Assembly (NCBI GenBank): GCA_030540085.1
Contig: JAUNWY010000004.1
Coordinates: forward strand, 64,382-128,381
DNA length: 64,000 bases
DNA from: Eggerthella sp.
GTDB lineage: Bacteria; Actinomycetota; Coriobacteriia; Coriobacteriales; Eggerthellaceae
Direction of reading: 5' to 3'
Shown here: one piece after another, positions 54,900 through 64,000 of the stretch
Position numbering within the stretch: the first letter of the stretch is position 1
Layout of the letters: each line of letters starts with the position of its first letter
Notes under the pieces: model-generated
The model's input: only the letters and a program-made list of their open reading frames with translations
Databases searched by the model: none
What the model was told of the DNA's origin: nothing
Made by a program: the position numbers and the translations under genes

Positions 54900-55883
54900 C
54901 TAATTGCCAGAATCGGCAGAGGAGGAACCGCTGCCAGAAGAGCCCGAAGACGAACCAGAACCAGAGGAGCCGCTCCCAGAAGAAGACCCCGAATTGCCAC
55001 TGCCCGATGAGCCAGAGCCCGAATTCGATGAAGACCCAGCATTCTCCGAGCTGCTGCCAGAAGACGATGATCCACCATTCGAGGAACCGGAAGAGCCTGA
55101 GGTCCCTGAACCAGAGCCGCCACTAGCTGAGCTGGAGGAATCGGACGAATCAACGCCCGATGTTCCGTTCGACTGGGAGGAAGCATCGTTTGCCTTCGTG
55201 GATGACGACTCATTAGCAGCTTCTCCCTTCGCAGCGCCGTTGTTAGCCGAAGAACCCTGTTTTGCCTGGGATGCTTCGCTTGCCGTGAAAATAGGCTCCG
55301 TTTTTTCACCAATGCCCTGACCGTCGGTGAACACATGGATAAGCCCCGCCGAAATCACAATGGCTATCAAAGCGGAAACGATAGAGACAATGATCACGCT
55401 CCGCTGAACGCGGGCCTTACGACGGCGGCGCACATGCGCACGTTGCAGCGCAGGATCTACCGACTCGCTCGATGAAGCATGGGCTTGGTAGCGGATATCA
55501 TCGGCACCCATAACCTTCGTTGCACTTGCCGCAACCTTCCCCGAATCGATAACACGGGTTTCACTCGACGGAACAGGCTCCATCAAACGCGTTTCGTCGG
55601 GATCTGCCTGATTTGCCGATGATCCATCCGGCGCAACATCGCGAATCTTGTCAGCAGAAGCGGATAGCATCTTCTTATATATCTGAGAGGAAACCGCCGA
55701 AACGATCGAGCCAACCGCCGCACCAATCAAAGAGCCAGCAACACCGATAACGGAAGACAGCAAAAACACCGTTGCGGCCGCCAAGGCGCCAGCAATCACC
55801 TGAGCAATCGAAAGATCCTCAAACAGAAATGCCAGTTTGCCCTTCTTAGCACCATCGCCACTTTGCTGAATCGAATTCGCCAT
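54900..55883 (-). CDS. Hypothetical membrane protein with Ser/Gly-rich C-terminal tail
   Basis: AQVIAGALAA..GVAGSLIGAAVGSIVS TM hairpin, RRRRK-TM, SG-rich tail; RBS GAAAGGAA before ATG 55883. Confidence 0.75.
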   Translation of the reverse strand: MANSIQQSGDGAKKGKLAFLFEDLSIAQVIAGALAAATVFLLSSVIGVAGSLIGAAVGSIVSAVSSQIYKKMLSASADKIRDVAPDGSSANQADPDETRLMEPVPSSETRVIDSGKVAASATKVMGADDIRYQAHASSSESVDPALQRAHVRRRRKARVQRSVIIVSIVSALIAIVISAGLIHVFTDGQGIGEKTEPIFTASEASQAKQGSSANNGAAKGEAANESSSTKANDASSQSNGTSGVDSSDSSSSASGGSGSGTSGSSGSSNGGSSSSGSSSENAGSSSNSGSGSSGSGNSGSSSGSGSSGSGSSSGSSGSGSSSADSGN

Positions 55884-56210
55884 CGATGCGTTTCCTTTCT
55901 CTCGGCTTTCCAACCTAGCAGCCTGAATGCAGAGTGCCACCCCTTCCATGCGCTCTTCACTCATTCTTGACCAAGCCGTCACCGTTTCATCGCTTGATAA
56001 CCACGCCGAATCCACACACATTCTTTCAAGGCGCTCCGAGTCGATGCAACGAAACAGACCGGCTCTCGCAATCAAGCGTTCCGGCAGCGGCAATCCTCGG
56101 TTAAGGAAGTGCCGCAACAACCCGCCCTCTCCCAATTAATAACGGACCCGAAGGCAAAGCTCCGGGTCCGTTTGAGCGGATGGGGTTGTTGCTTGATGAA
56201 TGCCTGGCAA

Positions 56211-56990
56211 CTATGCGCGAACGGCCTCGACCATCTTGCGGGCAAATTCGCCAACAACCGGAACGGCATTTTCACCTTCCGCGGCAATAATCTTCACGAT
56301 AGCGGAACCGACAATGGCGCCATCGCTCTTTGCCGCCATGGCTGCCGCTTGCTCGGGATTGGAAATGCCGAACCCGATGGCGATGGGGGTATCGGTAACT
56401 GCGCGAATACGCGCCACGATGGAATCCAGATCGGTAGTGATGCTCGAACGGGCGCCCGTAACGCCCAGCGAACTCACACAGTACACAAAGCCTTCCGCCT
56501 CGCGTGCAATCATATCGATGCGCTCCTCAGATGTGGGCGCAATCATGCTGACAAGATCCATGCCATGGTCACGACACGGGCCTGCGAACTCTTCTTTTTC
56601 CTCAAAGGGGACATCGGGAAGGATAAGACCATCCGCACCCGCCTCGGCTGCGCGAGAACAAAACTCTTCGATGCCGTAATGGAACACCACGTTTGCGTAG
56701 GTCATGAACACAAAAGGCGTATCGATGGTTTTGCGCAGATCGGCAACCATATCAAACACCTTATCGGTGGTGGTCCCCGCCTCAAGGGCACGCATGTTGG
56801 CTGATTGGATTACCGGCCCTTCTGCCGTAGGGTCGGAAAATGGAATGCCCAGCTCGATAACAGCAGCGCCTGCCTGCGCAAGCTCAGCGATGATCTTCTT
56901 GGTGGTTTCCAGGCTTGGATCGCCGCAGGTTACAAAGGGAATAAAGGCTTTGCCATCCTCGAAAGCGGCTTTGATGCGGGGGTTACTCAT
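56211..56990 (-). CDS. trpA: Tryptophan synthase alpha chain
   Basis: [48 protein letters not shown]; overlaps trpB end. Confidence 0.96.
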   Translation of the reverse strand: MSNPRIKAAFEDGKAFIPFVTCGDPSLETTKKIIAELAQAGAAVIELGIPFSDPTAEGPVIQSANMRALEAGTTTDKVFDMVADLRKTIDTPFVFMTYANVVFHYGIEEFCSRAAEAGADGLILPDVPFEEKEEFAGPCRDHGMDLVSMIAPTSEERIDMIAREAEGFVYCVSSLGVTGARSSITTDLDSIVARIRAVTDTPIAIGFGISNPEQAAAMAAKSDGAIVGSAIVKIIAAEGENAVPVVGEFARKMVEAVRA

Positions 56991-58167
56991 TGATATCTTC
57001 TCCTCGGTAACGGGCAATTGCGGCGCAGTCCTTGTCACCACGACCAGAAAGCGTGACTACCATAATTTGATCTTTGCTCATCTTCGGCGCGATCTTGCAG
57101 GCATAAGCCACTGCATGCGCGCTTTCGATAGCGGGGATAATGCCTTCCATGCGGCTCAGATACTCGAAAGCGTCCACCGCCTCATCGTCGGTAACGGGCA
57201 CGTACTGAGCGCGACCGGTATCGTGCAACCATGCATGCTCAGGCCCGATTCCGGGGTAATCGAGCCCAGCACTGATGGAGTACACTGGCGCGATTTGACC
57301 GTACTTGTCCTGGCAGAAATACGATTTCATTCCATGGAACACACCAAGGCTGCCCGTGTTAATGGTTGCCGCCGTTTCGAAGGTGTCGATGCCGCGACCA
57401 GCCGCCTCGCATCCAATAAGCTGGACTTCGGGATGATCGATGAAATGATAGAAGGTACCCATAGCGTTTGAACCGCCGCCCACACAAGCAAGCACGCAAT
57501 CAGGCAGACGGCCTTCCTTTTCCATGCATTGATCGATGATCTCCTGCGAGATTACCGCCTGAAAATCACGCACGATGGTAGGGAAAGGATGAGGACCCAT
57601 GGTTGAACCAAGCACATAATGTGTATCGGCAATGCGGTTAGTCCATTCGCGCATGGTTTCCGACACGGCATCTTTCAGCGTTGCCGTCCCCGTTTCCACG
57701 GCATGCACCTTCGCGCCCAGCAAGCGCATCTTGTATACATTCAGAGCTTGACGTTCGGTGTCTTCCTTACCCATGAACACTTCGCATTCCATGTCCATGA
57801 GCGCCGCCGCCGTAGCCGTGGCAACACCGTGCTGACCTGCGCCCGTTTCGGCGATAACGCGCGTCTTGCCCATCTTCTTGGCAAGCAGAACCTGCCCGAG
57901 CACGTTGTTGATCTTATGCGCGCCAGTGTGGTTCAAATCTTCGCGCTTCAGGTAGATCTTTGCACCACCCAACGCCTTGGTCAGACGCTCAGCATAGTAC
58001 AGAAGCGAAGGACGGTTGGCATATTCGTTCAAAAGCGTGTTCAACTCCGCTTTGAATTCCGGGTCATCCTTGTAATGGTCGTAAGCTTCCTCAAGCTCGA
58101 TAACGGCATTCATCAGCGTTTCAGGCATGTACTGCCCACCATGGATGCCGAATCTTCCCTTCGTCAT
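56983..58167 (-). CDS. trpB: Tryptophan synthase beta chain
   Basis: [56 protein letters not shown]. Confidence 0.97.
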   Translation of the reverse strand: MTKGRFGIHGGQYMPETLMNAVIELEEAYDHYKDDPEFKAELNTLLNEYANRPSLLYYAERLTKALGGAKIYLKREDLNHTGAHKINNVLGQVLLAKKMGKTRVIAETGAGQHGVATATAAALMDMECEVFMGKEDTERQALNVYKMRLLGAKVHAVETGTATLKDAVSETMREWTNRIADTHYVLGSTMGPHPFPTIVRDFQAVISQEIIDQCMEKEGRLPDCVLACVGGGSNAMGTFYHFIDHPEVQLIGCEAAGRGIDTFETAATINTGSLGVFHGMKSYFCQDKYGQIAPVYSISAGLDYPGIGPEHAWLHDTGRAQYVPVTDDEAVDAFEYLSRMEGIIPAIESAHAVAYACKIAPKMSKDQIMVVTLSGRGDKDCAAIARYRGEDINE

Positions 58168-58257
58168 AATGTTTCCTTTCATAAATCAAGCACTGGGCCT
58201 GATGGTTCTACTTGAATGGATAAGCCGCTGATTTCTCAGCACGCTAGAACTGTCCAC

Positions 58258-58431
58258 GCTGATCGAGACGTTGAACGCTGAAGGGCCCTCTGAACACCAT
58301 TCCTGATAGATTTGCGATAGCAAATCTTCAATTCAATGCATGAAGCAGTGCAGCGCATGCAGGTTTTGAATCGCAGATTCAAAACCAAACAGCGGAACGG
58401 GGGCCTTGAAGCGATCAGCGTCTTGATCAGC
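58258..58431. repeat. Structured intergenic element (long imperfect outer inverted repeat, internal hairpins) between trpF and trpB
   Basis: GCTGATCGAGACGTTGA..GGGCCCTC pairs with GGGGGCC..TCAGCGTCTTGATCAGC; internal perfect hairpins at 58308-58327 and 58362-58386. Confidence 0.65.
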
Positions 58432-58441
58432 ACCGGAAGGG

Positions 58442-59170
58442 CTACAACCGCCATCGGCGAACTTCGTCAACAGCTGCCGCGATTTTCGCGGGGTCCTTCA
58501 CTTTGTCGGTTTCGATGCCGGAACTCATATCAACGCCCCAGGGATCCACTTCCGTTAGTGCTTTGCCGATGGTTTCAGGGGTAAGCCCACCGGCCAAAAT
58601 AAACGGGCGATGAACAGAGGGAACAATGCCCCAATCGAATGTCCTGCCCGAGCCTTGACCGCTATCGAGCAGGATCATGTCGGCACTGCTCCCTTCGGCA
58701 TAGGAGGCATCTTCGCTGCTGTTCACGCGAAAAGCCTGGATGGTTCCCACTCGGGTTCGATGCCTCAGCTCGGAAATGTAGGCGTTGCTTTCATTCCCGT
58801 GGAGCTGCACCAGATCAATCGCGCCCGCCGAAACGATGCGGATCAGGGAATCGAGCGGCTCATCGACAAACACGCCTACCCGCCATATCGGATGGAGACT
58901 CACCGGATTACCGCTCGTTGCCATGCACGCTGCAACCTTGGCATCCTCTTCGTCCAGCAGCTCGCACAATTCTGCCAAACGCTCTGCCGAAACGCTTCGG
59001 TGCGATTGGGGAAAGTTCACGATGAAACCGCACATATCGGGACGCGCCTGGGCAACTGCGCGTATATCTCCTTCGCGCGACATCCCGCACAGCTTCACAT
59101 AAGGCCGCCCTACCCCCTGCGGCGACAGCAACCATTCTCGTGCCTGATGCTGACGGCTTGCCGGACTCAT
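58442..59170 (-). CDS. trpF: Phosphoribosylanthranilate isomerase
   Basis: VKLCG, VGVFVD, VQLHG.E, LLDS..GSG..FDW, LAGGL, GVDMSSGIE. Confidence 0.93.
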   Translation of the reverse strand: MSPASRQHQAREWLLSPQGVGRPYVKLCGMSREGDIRAVAQARPDMCGFIVNFPQSHRSVSAERLAELCELLDEEDAKVAACMATSGNPVSLHPIWRVGVFVDEPLDSLIRIVSAGAIDLVQLHGNESNAYISELRHRTRVGTIQAFRVNSSEDASYAEGSSADMILLDSGQGSGRTFDWGIVPSVHRPFILAGGLTPETIGKALTEVDPWGVDMSSGIETDKVKDPAKIAAAVDEVRRWRL

Positions 59171-59988
59171 TGCGCCACCTCTGCCGCAGTGCGGAATTCT
59201 GCCAGCGTTGCCAGCTTATCTTCGGCGCGCATCAACGCCTCCCCGATCAGCACAGCATCCGCACCCAACCGGGCGATAGCCGCAACGTCATCAGCGCTTG
59301 CCACACCTGATTCCGCCACATACAAAACGCCTTCAGGAATGCACGAGCGAAGACGACGGGCGTTATCGAAGTCGACGCTGAAATCCTTCAGATTCCGATT
59401 GTTCACACCAACGATCTTTGCACTCGATTCAACCGCACGGGCAATTTCTTCTTCGTCATGTGCCTCAACCAAAACCGAGAGGCCCAGGCTTTCAGCAAGC
59501 TCGCGATAGGCAACGAGTTGCTCGTCGCTCAAAATAGCGCAGATCAGAAGCACTGCAGAAGCGCCGAGCACTTTGGCTTGATAAATCATGCGCTCGCATA
59601 CCACGAAATCCTTGCGCAGTACGGGAATGGAAACGTTTGCGGCGATTTCTTCAAGGTACGCATCGGCGCCCTTGAACCACTTCGGCTCGGTGAGGCAGGA
59701 AATGGCCGCCGCTCCCGCTTCCTCGTAGCTCCGGGCAATGTCAAGGTACGGAAACTCTTCGGCAATAACGCCCTTGGAGGGGGAAGCTTTCTTCACCTCG
59801 CAAATGAACGAAAGCCCCGGTGCGGCAAGCGCCGCCCCGAACGGATACGGGAACGCACCCCCGTTCGCCTCAAGCTCGGCCGCGGCAAGCTCGCGTGCTT
59901 GGCGCTCAAGCTCCGCTGCGGGCACTTCGCGCTCCTCAGCCGCCATGCGCTGACGCGTGTATTCCGCTATTTCGTCGAGGATGGTCAC
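59167..59988 (-). CDS. trpC: Indole-3-glycerol phosphate synthase
   Basis: ICEVKKASPSKG, ISCLTE, LRKDF, GVNNRNL, AESG, LIGEALM. Confidence 0.95.
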   Translation of the reverse strand: MTILDEIAEYTRQRMAAEEREVPAAELERQARELAAAELEANGGAFPYPFGAALAAPGLSFICEVKKASPSKGVIAEEFPYLDIARSYEEAGAAAISCLTEPKWFKGADAYLEEIAANVSIPVLRKDFVVCERMIYQAKVLGASAVLLICAILSDEQLVAYRELAESLGLSVLVEAHDEEEIARAVESSAKIVGVNNRNLKDFSVDFDNARRLRSCIPEGVLYVAESGVASADDVAAIARLGADAVLIGEALMRAEDKLATLAEFRTAAEVAQ

Positions 59989-61014
59989 CTATGCCTCCTG
60001 GCTTGATACGCAGATGTACGCTTCCAGCGTCTCAGCCGCCTCGCCGGAATCGATAAGCTCGGCCGCCTTGGCAACGCCGTCCTTCAATGAGGGAACGATG
60101 CCCGAAATGTAAAGACCCGCCGCTGCATTCAAAAGCACGGTATCGCGCTTGGGGCCCTGCTCCTTGCCGCTCAAGATATCGCGGGTGATCTGGGCGTTTT
60201 CCTCGGGCGTACCGCCTTCCAAATCAGCCTTGGTGCAGCGCTCCATTCCGAACTCCTCGGGCATGAGCACGTAGGACAAATAGTCGTCACCGTGAAATTC
60301 GCATACCGTGGTGGGGCATGCTGTGGAAAGCTCGTCCAGGCAATCCTGTCCGTACACCACCATGCCGTCCTTCACTCCCAAGCTCACCAGCACACGCGCC
60401 AAAGGCTGCACCAGAGATTCGTCATATACGCCGAGGATCATCATTTCAGGTGATGCAGGGTTGGTGAGCGGGCCCAAGACGTTGAACACGGTGCGGAAAC
60501 CCAGCTCCTTGCGAATAGGGCCCACGTAGCGCATAGCCGTATGGTATTTCTGGGCGAAGAAGAAGCACATGCCCACTTCATCAAGCAGCTTTTTGCACAG
60601 CTCGGGGCTCTGCTCGATGTTCACGCCCAAAGCCTCTTGGCAATCGGCCGTACCCGACTTGCTTGATGCCGCGCGGTTTCCATGCTTGGCAACCTTCGCC
60701 CCACCTGCTGCGATAATGAGCGCTGCAGTGGTAGAGATGTTGAAGCTGCCGGCTTTGTCACCGCCTGTGCCCACGATCTCGAGCAGCGGCTTATCGTAAT
60801 CGACCTTGGTAGCGTGACTGCGCATGGCAGCAGCGCAACCGGCAATTTCCGCGATGGTTTCGCTCTTGGTCGACTTCGTGGAAAGGGCAGAAAGGAATGC
60901 CGCCGTCTGCACCTGCGTGGTTTCGCCCGACATGATCTCGTTGATCACATCGTAGGCCTCGTCGTAGGTTAGATCCTGCTTATCTACCAGCTTGAAAATC
61001 GCTTCCCTGATCAT
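59989..61014 (-). CDS. trpD: Anthranilate phosphoribosyltransferase
   Basis: [40 protein letters not shown]. Confidence 0.95.
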   Translation of the reverse strand: MIREAIFKLVDKQDLTYDEAYDVINEIMSGETTQVQTAAFLSALSTKSTKSETIAEIAGCAAAMRSHATKVDYDKPLLEIVGTGGDKAGSFNISTTAALIIAAGGAKVAKHGNRAASSKSGTADCQEALGVNIEQSPELCKKLLDEVGMCFFFAQKYHTAMRYVGPIRKELGFRTVFNVLGPLTNPASPEMMILGVYDESLVQPLARVLVSLGVKDGMVVYGQDCLDELSTACPTTVCEFHGDDYLSYVLMPEEFGMERCTKADLEGGTPEENAQITRDILSGKEQGPKRDTVLLNAAAGLYISGIVPSLKDGVAKAAELIDSGEAAETLEAYICVSSQEA

Positions 61015-61054
61015 TTGTTGATTCCTTTCGGATAATCGGCACAACCGCCGCGTA

Positions 61055-61630
61055 TTACTTCGTTGCTATGGCCAAGAAGTTTTCGATCATCGCCCGGCCA
61101 TCAGGGGTGAGAATCGATTCGGGATGGAACTGAACGCCAAAGGTGGGGAACTCGGCATGCTTCACAGCCATCACTTCCCCGTCATCGGCACGGGAAATAA
61201 CCTGCAAACATTCAGGAAGGCTTTCTTCGTCAGCTGCAAGCGAGTGGTAGCGAGCAACCCGAACCTTGGCTGGCAAGCCTTTGAACAGGGGCGATTGCAC
61301 ATCAATCTCCACTAGGGATGATTTGCCGTGCATCAGCCCCTTGGCATAGCCCACCGTGCCGCCGAAGGCTTCGCATATGGCCTGATGCCCCAAGCACACG
61401 CCCAAGATAGGGACCTTGCCAGACAGCTTCAGTGCCACTTCTTCGCAAATACCCGCATCAGCGGGACGCCCAGGGCCAGGGGAAAGAATTACCGCTTCGG
61501 GGTTTTTCGCTTCAAGCTCCTCGACTGTAAGCGCGTCGTTTCGAAGGACCTCAATAGCGGGATTCACTTCGCCTATCAGCTGGTACAGGTTGTAGGAAAA
61601 GCTGTCGTAGTTATCGATGAGGTAAATCAT
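61055..61630 (-). CDS. trpG: Anthranilate synthase component II (glutamine amidotransferase)
   Basis: [31 protein letters not shown]. Confidence 0.94.
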   Translation of the reverse strand: MIYLIDNYDSFSYNLYQLIGEVNPAIEVLRNDALTVEELEAKNPEAVILSPGPGRPADAGICEEVALKLSGKVPILGVCLGHQAICEAFGGTVGYAKGLMHGKSSLVEIDVQSPLFKGLPAKVRVARYHSLAADEESLPECLQVISRADDGEVMAVKHAEFPTFGVQFHPESILTPDGRAMIENFLAIATK

Positions 61631-63129
61631 TCCAGGCCCCCTTCGGCGGTTTTCAGCGCTTCCATCACAGCGCGCGCCTTGTTGTAGCATTCGCGGTCTT
61701 CGTTTTCGGGAACGCTATCGGCTACGATGCCGGCACCCGTTTGCACGCATACACGGCCATTTTTCTTGTAAACAAGGCGAATCCCAATGCAGGTATCAAG
61801 ATTGCCCGTGAAATCCAAGTAGCCGATGGCACCGCCGTAGATGCCGCGCTTGGCACCCTCCAGATCCTGAATGATCTGGCAGGCGCGCAGCTTGGGCGCT
61901 CCGGAAAGGGTGCCTGCTGGGAGAATGGAATCCATCACATCCACCGCGTCTTTCCCTTCGGCAAGCTTGCCCGTGACGGTCGATCCGATGTGCATGATGC
62001 GGGAAAAGCGCAGAACGTTTCGGTACTCCTCAACCTTTACGCTGCCCAGTTTTGATACGCGCCCCAAGTCGTTGCGCCCCAGGTCAACGAGCATATCGTG
62101 CTCAGCGCGCTCCTTTTCATCGGCAAGAAGCTCCGCTTCCAAGGCCTGGTCCTCTTCGGGGGTTGCACCGCGTGGGCGGGTACCCGCTAAGGGGTAGGTG
62201 AACAGCCTGCCGTCCTGCAAGCGCGCCAACGTTTCGGGAGATGCGCCTGCAATTTCCACATCGTCGCTGGTGAAGTAGAACATGTAAGGGGAAGGATTCT
62301 GGCCGCGCAACACGCGATAGGTATCGAACAGGCTTCCTTCCGCTTTTGCGGTTCGAGGATTGGAAGGCACCACCTGGAAGATATCGCCCTCGAAAATATG
62401 ACGCTTGGCAGTTTCTACCTTCTCGCAGAACTCTTCGGTCGAAAACTGCGGCGCGAGCGGCTCCTTCAACTGCAAAGGAGCAAATTCGTAGCGAGCAGCA
62501 CCCGTCAGCAAACCCTCAATCTCATCGAGTTTTGCTTGCGCCTGAGCGTATGAGTTCTCAACGTCATCTGCGCGAACACCCGCAATGAGGATGATCTTTT
62601 GGCGGTAATTGTCGAAGCAGATAACCTGATCAAACAGCATCAGGTCAACATCGAGAAAATCCTCGCGATCTAAACCGGGACGGCGCAACGTGGGTTCGGC
62701 GTACTTGATGTAGTCGTACGAGAAGTAGCCCACCAAACCACCGGTAAATGTCGGGAATCCTTCAACCTGGGCGCTTTTATTCTCTGCAATAATCTGGCGA
62801 ATAGCCTCGCCGGGATGCTCAACCTGGCGCGTTTCGCGCGACGGTTCACCACCTTCGACATTGCGGCGAATGCTGAGCTGCCCATTCAAGCAGGTAATCT
62901 CAAGCGTGGGGTTGAAACCCAAAAAGGAATAACGGCCCCAACGCTGATCTGCCTCGGCGCTTTCCAACAAGAAGCAATGATTGCTGGCCGCGCGCAGCGC
63001 ACGCATTGCTTCGATAGTGGTAATGCGGTCGGCAAAAAGCTCACGCTTCACAGGAACGCGGCGAATACCAGGCTGCGCAGCCAAAGCACGAACCTCTTCC
63101 AAGCTCGGCTGCAATGGCGTAGTGTCCAT
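61627..63129 (-). CDS. trpE: Anthranilate synthase component I
   Basis: FLLES..WGRYSF, GDIFQVV, NPSPYM, ASPE, LAGTRPRG, EH.MLVDLGRND, PAGTLSGAPK. Confidence 0.96.
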   Translation of the reverse strand: MDTTPLQPSLEEVRALAAQPGIRRVPVKRELFADRITTIEAMRALRAASNHCFLLESAEADQRWGRYSFLGFNPTLEITCLNGQLSIRRNVEGGEPSRETRQVEHPGEAIRQIIAENKSAQVEGFPTFTGGLVGYFSYDYIKYAEPTLRRPGLDREDFLDVDLMLFDQVICFDNYRQKIILIAGVRADDVENSYAQAQAKLDEIEGLLTGAARYEFAPLQLKEPLAPQFSTEEFCEKVETAKRHIFEGDIFQVVPSNPRTAKAEGSLFDTYRVLRGQNPSPYMFYFTSDDVEIAGASPETLARLQDGRLFTYPLAGTRPRGATPEEDQALEAELLADEKERAEHDMLVDLGRNDLGRVSKLGSVKVEEYRNVLRFSRIMHIGSTVTGKLAEGKDAVDVMDSILPAGTLSGAPKLRACQIIQDLEGAKRGIYGGAIGYLDFTGNLDTCIGIRLVYKKNGRVCVQTGAGIVADSVPENEDRECYNKARAVMEALKTAEGGLE

Positions 63130-63162
63130 CGAATTGCCCTTTCCTTACGTGGGAAGGGCAAC

Positions 63163-63440
63163 AAAAAAGCCCATCCCTGATACTTCTACGATCAAGGACG
63201 GGCTTTAGAAAATACAAAGCTCGCGGTGCCACCTTGGTTCACGAAATGAATCGTGCACTTAGCAGGATACCAACATATCCCCGGCAACTAACGTATGCCC
63301 TCACGTCGCACCCTACTAGCAAATTGCATTCGCATGCGCCCTCAGCGGTCCATTTGGCGAACGGCTTTTCGATCCGGATCCCAGCATCCCGGACTCTCTG
63401 TGCGCGCCTACTCGCTTTGACTTCCGCTTCAACGGTTTGG
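63163..63440 (-). promoter_or_regulatory. T-box riboswitch (Trp specifier) with intrinsic terminator
   Basis: Minus strand: stem I AGAGAG..GCTG motifs, specifier TGG (63350-63352), AGTA box, T-box AAGGTGGCACCGCG (63222-63235), terminator AAAGCCCGTCCTTGAT/ATCAGGGATGGGCTTTTTT. Confidence 0.92.
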
Positions 63441-63482
63441 TGGTTTCTTCAGCGAATCGTGTTCGCTTGCGAAACTGAGGTC

Positions 63483-63511
63483 ATTTTTGCCCGAAAAGAA
63501 TTCCTTGTCAA
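63483..63511 (-). promoter_or_regulatory. Putative sigma70-type promoter of trp operon
   Basis: TTGACA-N17-AAAAAT upstream of the T-box. Confidence 0.55.
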
Positions 63512-63751
63512 CAGTTTTTCTGCGGATGAAACTTCGCTTTAACAATCGACACCCAGGTGGTTTCTGGTTAAACGGCAACGATAGGAACCTGGGCAGCTCG
63601 CGTCTGAACAGCCACAATAGAGGCCTAGGCAGTTCCCGCTCCCAACAGCTGTAATAGGGCAAAATGACAATGGTTCGTCTTCCGTACCATCTCGCAAAAC
63701 AACGTCGAGCGATACAATGAAGACAACCATCGCATACGAAAAGAGGCTGCC

Positions 63752-64000
63752 TTGAAGTTTCTGATTGCTTCCGACATTCACGGCTCTGCAACGTGGTGCC
63801 GCAAATTCATTGATGCTATTCACGCCGAAAAGCCCGACAAGATCATCTTGCTCGGCGACATCTTATACCATGGGCCGCGAAACGCCCTTCCCGACGGCTA
63901 CGATCCCAAAGAAGTAACCGCCATGCTCAATCCTCTAGCCGATCGCATTCTTGCCGTACGCGGCAATTGCGACGCCGAAGTAGACCAGATGGTGCTCGAC
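63752..64000 (+). CDS. yfcE: YfcE-family metallophosphoesterase (3'-truncated by window edge; absent from ORF track)
   Basis: Manual translation from TTG 63752: MKFLIASDIHGS..LLGDILYHGPRN.LP.GY.PK.V..AVRGNCDAEVDQMVLD; RBS AGAGG. Confidence 0.88.
   Translation, partial: MKFLIASDIHGSATWCRKFIDAIHAEKPDKIILLGDILYHGPRNALPDGYDPKEVTAMLNPLADRILAVRGNCDAEVDQMVLD

Noticed and set aside
54904-55320. Glu/Pro-rich repetitive plus-strand ORF
   Set aside because: It is the reverse complement of the Ser/Gly-rich tail of the minus-strand membrane protein.

Overview
Mid/high-GC bacterial chromosomal window. Gene content (sortase-anchored protein, Firmicutes-style T-box, fused PurL, Elp3, actinobacterial-type LOG/EttA) suggests an anaerobic Coriobacteriia/Eggerthellaceae-like organism; this is inference. 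Housekeeping and metabolic genes: sdhAB/frdAB (sdhA 5'-truncated), gltBD, LOG, hisJ-like PHP, M20 peptidase, tcdA, gpmA, ettA, LysR plus MetE-like synthase, purL, pit, elp3, pepF, trpEGDCFBA under a Trp T-box, and a partial yfcE. The notable parts are: (1) a ~10 kb [FeFe]-hydrogenase cluster with two enzymes (a Tat-exported large/small pair with a cytochrome b, and a cytoplasmic enzyme coupled to a NuoF-[4Fe-4S]/GltD-like flavoprotein), plus hydG, hydF and a TM1266-like gene but no hydE in the window; (2) a WYL regulator convergent with a stand-alone HIRAN gene and an unknown small ORF, whose promoters share a motif; (3) an unannotated Ile-rich leader-peptide attenuator upstream of an MFS transporter; (4) an excisionase-HTH/HipA-like kinase fusion with a nested operator array; (5) an orphan amidohydrolase/channel/LysR/MarR module; (6) several long inverted-repeat intergenic elements. 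No rRNA, tRNA, transposase, integrase or CRISPR array was seen. All family calls come from motif recognition by eye, not database searches.
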